Shown here: positions 57,791-64,000 of the stretch, piece by piece
How the letters are laid out: each line of letters starts with the position of its first letter
Numbering within the stretch: the first letter of the stretch is position 1
Origin: Alkalispirochaeta sp.
GTDB taxonomy: Bacteria; Spirochaetota; Spirochaetia; DSM-27196; Alkalispirochaetaceae
DNA length: 64,000 bases
Direction: 5' to 3'
NCBI GenBank assembly: GCA_965601925.1
Contig: OZ271854.1
Span: 1,728,001-1,792,000 of the forward strand
Made by a program: the position numbers and the translations under genes
The notes under the pieces: generated by a model
Database searches by the model: none
Seen by the model: only the letters and a program-made list of their open reading frames with translations
Told to the model about the DNA's origin: nothing

Positions 57791-59878
57791 ATGTCGGCAA
57801 AAACGGAATACCCGCCACGGTTGGTCCTCTCTGCACTGCTCTCTGCCGCATGTGTCGTCACGTTGTGGTTTTCCTTCTCTCTTGACCATTCTATCGCACC
57901 GATCGACATCGGTGACGGTTTGTATTTGATTTTTTTGAGCACCCATATGGCGTGGGCGATCGTACTCATGTTTTCGCCGGCCTATCGTGTCGGTTCGGCG
58001 GCACAGCGCATCTTGGGCGAGGGGCTGTTCTGTTGCGGGCTTTTCTTATTCTTGTTTGCCTACATATTCGCGAGTAATGCCAATATGGACTACGTACAGC
58101 GCTTCATCGCTTCGGGTGGTAATCTACAGATCGCACCGGATACGCGGACGGAGCGGCTCATCGCCGCCGGCCGATACGCACCGCTCATCGTTGTAGATCT
58201 CGCGGTGTGGTTGCGCGGGGGCCTACGGCGTGAGGTCGTCTCCGCCTCACCGGCGCTCATGTTCATGGCCGTTGCACTGTCCGTGGTCGCCGCACCTTCG
58301 TTCGTGCGGATCGAGGGCGCGGCACCCCTCGGTTGGATCGGTTATGCGCCGCTGTTTGCGGTCATTCGCATTGAGACCGAGCGCGGTCGGTATGGACGCG
58401 CCATATGGTACGGCATCCTCTACGGCGTTCTGTTCACCCTGCTGGGCAATTTCTGGCTCGGTACGTTCAATCTGATCAGCCTACAGGCGGTTGGAGTCAT
58501 ATTCCTATTCCACTATTCGGTGTACATGGTCATCACCGTAGTGTTGATACGGATAGTGCCGAGAGGGGTCCTGCGCGCGTTGGTCCTACCGCTCTCGTGG
58601 ACCTTCTTTGAGTTTGCGCGTAGCTCCGGCTTTCTGGGGTATCCGTGGCTGCTCGCCGCCCATAGTCAGTATGGCAACCTCCCGTTGATTCAGTGGGCCG
58701 AGGTCGGCGGGGTGTGGCTCGTCGGAAGTATCGTGCTTCTCGTAAATGCACTGCTTGCCGAAGGAGCGCTGCGTTTCTTCCGTCGCGACGATAGAGCCGC
58801 GATCCGGGAGACCGCCCCTTCGTATGGGAAGGGGAGCTCCAGGCGCTGGTTTGCCGCCGCAGCACTCGTCATCGTCGGCGCCCATCTCGGCGGCGCGTTC
58901 TTCTTCCTCCGCGAGCTTCCGACGCGAGGGACCGTCCGCCTCGCCCTGATTCAGCAAAACAGCGATCCGCGCAAACACGAGTACGAACGGACGTTGGATT
59001 CGCTCATACGCCTTACCGACGAGAGCCTCGTCTACGATCCCGACCTTGTCGTCTGGTCCGAGACGGCGTTCGTACCCAATATTCGGCGGTGGTCGGAGGA
59101 GGATCCGCGCCGATATCGCCTCGCGCGCCTCGTGGGTGAGTTTTTAGCCTATCAAGACTCGATCGACCGCTGGTTGTTGACCGGTAACGACGACTATCGG
59201 AGGATCCTCGACGACGCCGGGCGCGAGGTACGGCGGGACAGCTTCAACGCCGGGGTATTGTTCTCCGATACCGCCGAGCGGCGCGAGACGTATCATAAAA
59301 TCAGGCTGGTGCCCTTTACCGAATACTTTCCCTACGAGGAGCACTTGCCGTGGGTTCACGCTATGCTGCTCGACTTCGATATCGCCTTTTGGACCCCCGG
59401 GGAGGAGCGGACGATCTTTCGCCATCCGAGCTTCGCCTTTGCCACCCCCATATGTTTTGAGGACGTTTTCCCCGGGGAGGTACGGGCGTTCGCGCGCGAG
59501 GGCATGGAGGTCATCGTCAACATCACCAACGACTACTGGTCGTTGCAGGAGGTCGCCGCCAAACAGCACTTCGTCGGCGCGCTTTTTCGGACCGTCGAGC
59601 TGCGACGACCTATGGTACGGAGCACCGCCAGCGGCGTCACATCGCATGTGGATGCGCGGGGTCGTATCGTCGCGACGGTCCCGCAATACTCGGAGCAGTA
59701 CCTGATTGCCGACGTGGCCGTTCCTGCGGCGGGAGACGACGGCCGGGGTCCGTCCACACTGTACCTACGATGGGGAGATTGGGTTCCGTGGACCGCCCTC
59801 GCGATACTGATAGGATTATTGCTCTGCGGCGTGTACAATCGCGCGACATCGAAGCGACATGGAAAGGGCTACCATTGA
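57791..59878 (+). CDS. lnt: Apolipoprotein N-acyltransferase with N-terminal membrane extension
   Basis: GYPW, catalytic E-K-C context: WSETAF, YHKIRLVPFTEYFP, PICFED; NITNDYW, QHF, RSTASG. Confidence 0.92.
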   Translation: MSAKTEYPPRLVLSALLSAACVVTLWFSFSLDHSIAPIDIGDGLYLIFLSTHMAWAIVLMFSPAYRVGSAAQRILGEGLFCCGLFLFLFAYIFASNANMDYVQRFIASGGNLQIAPDTRTERLIAAGRYAPLIVVDLAVWLRGGLRREVVSASPALMFMAVALSVVAAPSFVRIEGAAPLGWIGYAPLFAVIRIETERGRYGRAIWYGILYGVLFTLLGNFWLGTFNLISLQAVGVIFLFHYSVYMVITVVLIRIVPRGVLRALVLPLSWTFFEFARSSGFLGYPWLLAAHSQYGNLPLIQWAEVGGVWLVGSIVLLVNALLAEGALRFFRRDDRAAIRETAPSYGKGSSRRWFAAAALVIVGAHLGGAFFFLRELPTRGTVRLALIQQNSDPRKHEYERTLDSLIRLTDESLVYDPDLVVWSETAFVPNIRRWSEEDPRRYRLARLVGEFLAYQDSIDRWLLTGNDDYRRILDDAGREVRRDSFNAGVLFSDTAERRETYHKIRLVPFTEYFPYEEHLPWVHAMLLDFDIAFWTPGEERTIFRHPSFAFATPICFEDVFPGEVRAFAREGMEVIVNITNDYWSLQEVAAKQHFVGALFRTVELRRPMVRSTASGVTSHVDARGRIVATVPQYSEQYLIADVAVPAAGDDGRGPSTLYLRWGDWVPWTALAILIGLLLCGVYNRATSKRHGKGYH

Positions 59879-61293
59879 TGAGCAACACACAAGACCGAGA
59901 AGACGGGTTCAGGATCGGCATCGTAAGCGGAAAACTGGGAGGGGTCGACGGCGTCTCTCTGGAGGTGGATAAGTGGATCACCGTGTTGCAACGGCTGGGG
60001 CACGAGGTCTTCTCGATCGCCGGAACGTATACGCAACCGCTCGAGGCGATTCCGGCTGAGAGACAGTTTACCCTTCCCGAGATACGGTTCGACAGCGAGT
60101 TTCAGCGCCACGCTGAGCGACACGTCTTTCCGCACATGACGAGCCAACCCTACCATCCGAGCTCCCTGGAGCTGCATCAGTTAGTCGAACAGATCGAGAC
60201 GCGCGGACGCGAACTCGGGGTCAAGCTTCACGACATCGTGAAGGACCACGGCATTGATGTCCTGATCGGCCAGAACACCAATGCGATGCCGATGACGATC
60301 CTCGGCGGGGTGGCGATGTACTACGTTGCGACGACCCAGCGAGTGGCGACGATTTTTCATCACCACGATTTCTGGTGGGAGCGCAGCCGGTTCTCCAATA
60401 GCCGCATCGAGACGCTTCTCAACCGGATTATGCCGCCGGTAGACCTCGGGTTGGAACACGTCGTGATCTCTTCCTACGCCGCCCACATTCTTGCGTCACT
60501 CAAGCGCGTACAGCCTCACATCATTCCCAACTGCGAGGATTTTGACGCGCCGGTGGTTCCCGACGACTATAACAGCGGGTTTCGTCGCGACTTCGGATTC
60601 ACCGACGACGATATCCTCGTCGTGCAGCCGACACGAATCGTGCCGCGCAAGCGTATCGAGGACTCCGTCGCACTCGTGGGACGGTTGGGGGAACGCTATC
60701 CCGATATGCGCGATCGTTTGCAGTATATCATCTCGCTCTATCAGGGGGACGAACCGGACGAAGATTACGTCGATCTCATTCGGCGACGGGCCTCCGAGAT
60801 GGGTGTTCGGCTTCACGTCATCAGCGATCGCGTCCGGAGTGTGCGAGGCGTCGACGAAGAGGGACGTCCCATCTACACCAATCGCGACGTACTGGCCAAC
60901 GCCGATTTGGTGAGTTACATGCCCATCTGGGAGGGCTTCGGGAACGCGTTACTCGAAGCGGTCGCCGCACGAGTGCCGGTGGTGACCACGACGTACTTAG
61001 TGTACAAGACCGACATCATGACCTCGGGGCTTCGCAACATCGAAGTCAGGGATCGCTACGACGAGTCGGGCGCACTCCGTATCGACGATGCCGTGCTGGA
61101 ACAGATTTACGCCGTCGTCACCGATCGAGCACTCAGACAAGAGATGGTGAATCATAACTTCGAGGTCGGCAAGAAAGAGTTCGGACTCGGGCAACTCGAG
61201 AATCGATTGTACCGTGTGCTCGACGACTACGGTGATGAAATTCGCGCCTCGCGCAAGCGAATCGTCAAGAGCAAGGCGCGCTACTCGGTGTAG
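59878..61293 (+). CDS. GT4 glycosyltransferase, mannosylglucosylglycerate synthase (MggS)-like
   Basis: DGVSLEVDKW...LGHEV, HHHDFWWER, QPTRIVPRKRIE, EGFGNALLE; ATG overlaps the lnt TGA. Confidence 0.8.
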   Translation: MSNTQDREDGFRIGIVSGKLGGVDGVSLEVDKWITVLQRLGHEVFSIAGTYTQPLEAIPAERQFTLPEIRFDSEFQRHAERHVFPHMTSQPYHPSSLELHQLVEQIETRGRELGVKLHDIVKDHGIDVLIGQNTNAMPMTILGGVAMYYVATTQRVATIFHHHDFWWERSRFSNSRIETLLNRIMPPVDLGLEHVVISSYAAHILASLKRVQPHIIPNCEDFDAPVVPDDYNSGFRRDFGFTDDDILVVQPTRIVPRKRIEDSVALVGRLGERYPDMRDRLQYIISLYQGDEPDEDYVDLIRRRASEMGVRLHVISDRVRSVRGVDEEGRPIYTNRDVLANADLVSYMPIWEGFGNALLEAVAARVPVVTTTYLVYKTDIMTSGLRNIEVRDRYDESGALRIDDAVLEQIYAVVTDRALRQEMVNHNFEVGKKEFGLGQLENRLYRVLDDYGDEIRASRKRIVKSKARYSV

Positions 61294-61302
61294 GCGTCGA
61301 GG

Positions 61303-62328
61303 CTACGCGCGGCGCTTCGACCGTCGGCGCTGCGGCGGGGCCTTCTCGTCGGCCTCGAAGGTTTCGACCCGGGGGGCCCGCTTTGCGTAGCTCCACAAGA
61401 CGGCGAGTACCAACGCACCGCCTGCGGCCATGATGAGACTCAGGATTTGTCCGGTCGTGATGTTCAACGGAGAGAGAAGGAGCCAGCGCGGATTGTCGAC
61501 CGGACCCCACTGTATGATGAAGTCGAGTCCCGGATCGGGCGAACGAAAGTACTCGGCCGTATATCGTGCCAAGGCGTACCCGACCAGATAGATGCCGATC
61601 ATGAATCCGCGGAACGGTTTTCGCTTTCGCACCATCCACATGATCGCCCACAACAGTACGCCCTCGAGAAACGCTTCGTACAACTGCGACGGGTGTCTGG
61701 GTAGATTGACGAAGCTCTGTCCGGTTATGTCGATGCCGACCTCTTCGGCGACGCGTTGCACCGCCGGATGCGAGGTAGGCACGAGCTCGGCGTGAGGAAA
61801 GAGGACGCCGTAGCGGCGCGACGTGATTCGTCCGTAGAGCTCGCCGTTGATGAAGTTTCCGATCCGTCCGAAGGTGTAGCCCAGGGGAACGGAGGTGATT
61901 ACCACATCGCCCATTTGGAGCACGTCTATTTTTTTTGCCCGGCAGTAGATAATGAACGCGATCACCGCGCCCACGAGTCCGCCGTGATAGCTCATACCCT
62001 GCAGACCACTGAAGTTGCCCTCGCCGTCAAAGGGCCAGAAGATGAGCCACGGCTGTCTGAGATAGCGCCCGGTTGTGTCGTAAATCGTGGTGGCGAAGAT
62101 TCGTGATCCGATGACCAGCCCGATGATCGTCCAAAAAAAGAGGTTCACGACCGTGTCTTTGTCGACGGTGCGGCCTACCGATAGCTCCTGATCGCGTAGT
62201 TGCAACACCGTAAGGCCGTAGGCGACGGCAAAGGCGACGAGATACATCAGGCCGTACCAGCGGATGAATGGAACACCGGGAATTACGAACGGGGATAGCC
62301 ATTCGGGGAAATGTATAAACAAAGGCAT
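61303..62328 (-). CDS. lgt: Prolipoprotein diacylglyceryl transferase
   Basis: RWYGLMY, GMSYHGGL, GRIGNFINGELYGR, RHPSQLYE, EYFR.PD, GQILS. Confidence 0.95.
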   Translation of the reverse strand: MPLFIHFPEWLSPFVIPGVPFIRWYGLMYLVAFAVAYGLTVLQLRDQELSVGRTVDKDTVVNLFFWTIIGLVIGSRIFATTIYDTTGRYLRQPWLIFWPFDGEGNFSGLQGMSYHGGLVGAVIAFIIYCRAKKIDVLQMGDVVITSVPLGYTFGRIGNFINGELYGRITSRRYGVLFPHAELVPTSHPAVQRVAEEVGIDITGQSFVNLPRHPSQLYEAFLEGVLLWAIMWMVRKRKPFRGFMIGIYLVGYALARYTAEYFRSPDPGLDFIIQWGPVDNPRWLLLSPLNITTGQILSLIMAAGGALVLAVLWSYAKRAPRVETFEADEKAPPQRRRSKRRA

Positions 62329-62330
62329 GC

Positions 62331-64000
62331 TCAGCTCCCGTTGAGTTCATTGATGTCGATGTTGCCCGTGTGGGGGTTGAACTCCACCGCGATACCCTTG
62401 AAGAGTCTGGTGACTTCAAAGGTCCGCCCGTGGCTCTCGAAGACGGTACCGGAGTACACCTCTCCCCGTATGACAACCTTGCTCGGGAAATGTTGTTCAA
62501 AACGCTCGCGAAGTGTAAAGAGGCGTAAGCCCCTCTTTTCCATCAGCTTGAGCAATTTGACTTTCTCTTGGCGCAGCCCTTTGAGTTGTTCCGTTGCGCC
62601 GGACTTCTCGCTCCTCCGCATCTCCAGATCGACTTGGGTAATGCGTCGCTTAATCTTCTCGATCTCTTTCTCTTCTTTTTCGATCAAGTCGGCGACCAAG
62701 TAGTCCTGTCCGAAGGAGATCGTCGTTTTTACGCCCCGCGGCGACCCGATCGACGCCACATCGATACCGTTGCGCGCACGAATGATTCCTCCCACAACGC
62801 GACCCTTATCCCCTTGGAACGTAATGCGGCCGTTGCACTTAATGCGCGATCGTACGACGGCGGTCTTGAGCACGACGTCACCTACCGACAACAGTGTAGC
62901 GAGCTCGACAAAGGGGCTCATGATGTTGCGCTTGCTGCGCAGGACCGCTTTCCCGGACCCCTTGATGCCCTGTTTAATCGTAATATCACCTTCGGAGGAG
63001 AGGAGCGCCGCCTCGACGCTGCCGTCTATTTTGATGTCCCCTCCCGACATGACGTAGAATCCGCTTTTGACCGTCCCGGCGACGATGACCGAACCGGGAA
63101 ACTTGATATTCCCGACTCCCATATCGACGTCCCCCGAAACGGTATGGGTGGTGCGTACTTCGATACGATTCCGTTCGTGCAGAAACTCGCCCTTCGTCGT
63201 TGAGCGAAGTACGATGCTGCCGTCCTGTTGTTCATCTCGCGCAATGTTCTCGCCGATCTCCAGCTGTACATCGCCGCTTTTGCGCGCCGGAATCGACTGG
63301 CCCAGCACGTCGGTACCGTCTACCGCCGCTTGTTGCGATGGAAGGATGCGGCACACCGGTTGATTGGCCTCGACGGTAACGATATCGGTGTGCGTCTTGT
63401 AGTCGGCGGTTCCGTCACCTCGAATGCGTACCTTGTGGTCGACCCCGCCGCCCACCAGAAACTCCAAACGATTCTCGCTCTGATCGACCGGATCGGTGCC
63501 CTCGGCCACCGGTACGCGCTCCACGACGGTACCCGCATTGGCCGCCTTGAGCGCCTTGTCGATGACCTCGTCCCGTACCCCGTGTACGACTCCGGCATTT
63601 TGGAGGGCGTCGCGCACTCGAGTCGCGGTAAGGCGGGCCCCCGTTCCGACCCCCTCCTTGAGTGTTAGGAGAGCTCGCATCCGGTCGGTGTTGATATCGA
63701 CCGACACGAGCGCGTCGATATGCGTCCGTATACGAAGGTAGTACTCACCCTCGATCTCCGCGTAATCGAGCAATCCGGGAGTTGTGGTAACGATGATGTC
63801 GTTCTTGCGGCTGAGGCCTTCGTGCAGGTGAAAACTCGGTTCCACCCCCGATATCGCCGGAATCGTCCCTCCGTAGACGTCGACACCCGGATCGCCGGGG
63901 GTCTCAGGGTCGATGGTACAAACGAGTTGCTCCGCTTCCACCACCGCCGTTTTTTGTATCGCCTGCGCCGGAAACTCCTCGAGCGATCCGGCAATATCTC
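62331..64000 (-). CDS. FapA/DUF342 family protein (5' truncated by window edge)
   Basis: AGVVHGV, DGTADYK, GTDVLG, GDVDMGVGNIKFPGSV beta-solenoid, C-terminal coiled coil; frame open to the window end. Confidence 0.85.
   Translation of the reverse strand, partial: DIAGSLEEFPAQAIQKTAVVEAEQLVCTIDPETPGDPGVDVYGGTIPAISGVEPSFHLHEGLSRKNDIIVTTTPGLLDYAEIEGEYYLRIRTHIDALVSVDINTDRMRALLTLKEGVGTGARLTATRVRDALQNAGVVHGVRDEVIDKALKAANAGTVVERVPVAEGTDPVDQSENRLEFLVGGGVDHKVRIRGDGTADYKTHTDIVTVEANQPVCRILPSQQAAVDGTDVLGQSIPARKSGDVQLEIGENIARDEQQDGSIVLRSTTKGEFLHERNRIEVRTTHTVSGDVDMGVGNIKFPGSVIVAGTVKSGFYVMSGGDIKIDGSVEAALLSSEGDITIKQGIKGSGKAVLRSKRNIMSPFVELATLLSVGDVVLKTAVVRSRIKCNGRITFQGDKGRVVGGIIRARNGIDVASIGSPRGVKTTISFGQDYLVADLIEKEEKEIEKIKRRITQVDLEMRRSEKSGATEQLKGLRQEKVKLLKLMEKRGLRLFTLRERFEQHFPSKVVIRGEVYSGTVFESHGRTFEVTRLFKGIAVEFNPHTGNIDINELNGS

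Noticed and set aside
1..64000. CRISPR arrays, tRNA/rRNA genes, transposases, integrases, phage or defence genes
   Set aside because: No regularly spaced repeats, cloverleaf or rRNA signatures, or mobile-element motifs were seen by eye; a covariance-model scan could still find small RNAs.

Overview
This is a gene-dense, high-GC bacterial chromosome segment, most consistent with a free-living Spirochaetaceae member. The evidence is DUF2259-like, FapA-like and 'FAGGQ'-type solute-binding proteins plus an archaeal-type ProS. Exported proteins are acidic and almost lysine-free, suggesting a haloalkaliphile. About 55 CDS are present. They include a small glycan-modification locus (epimerase, ugd, WcaJ-like transferase, formyltransferase, deacetylase), lysA, a malQ-GH13-thioesterase operon, nadE, proS and nagZ. 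Two ROK-regulated sugar ABC loci follow: one with a GH65 closely resembling glucosylglycerol phosphorylase, one with GH2 beta-mannosidase plus GH1. The rest includes an orphan CrtI/CrtD-family desaturase, split pntAA-pntAB-pntB, pfkA, a GAF-HD-GYP protein, yidD, a cysteine-poor rpmG-rpmB pair (rpmG is missing from the ORF track), a small ORF upstream of a LacI regulator, plsC-like, lnt coupled to an MggS-like GT4, lgt and partial fapA. No rRNA, tRNA, CRISPR array or mobile element was recognised. The best leads are a probable glucosylglycerol-scavenging operon, twin ROK operators, widespread leaderless promoters, an lnt-glycosyltransferase coupling, a small-protein/LacI unit, a pseudo-HATPase next to a PTS EIIA, and a structured convergent intergenic region. 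All family calls are from motif recognition only; no database searches were run.
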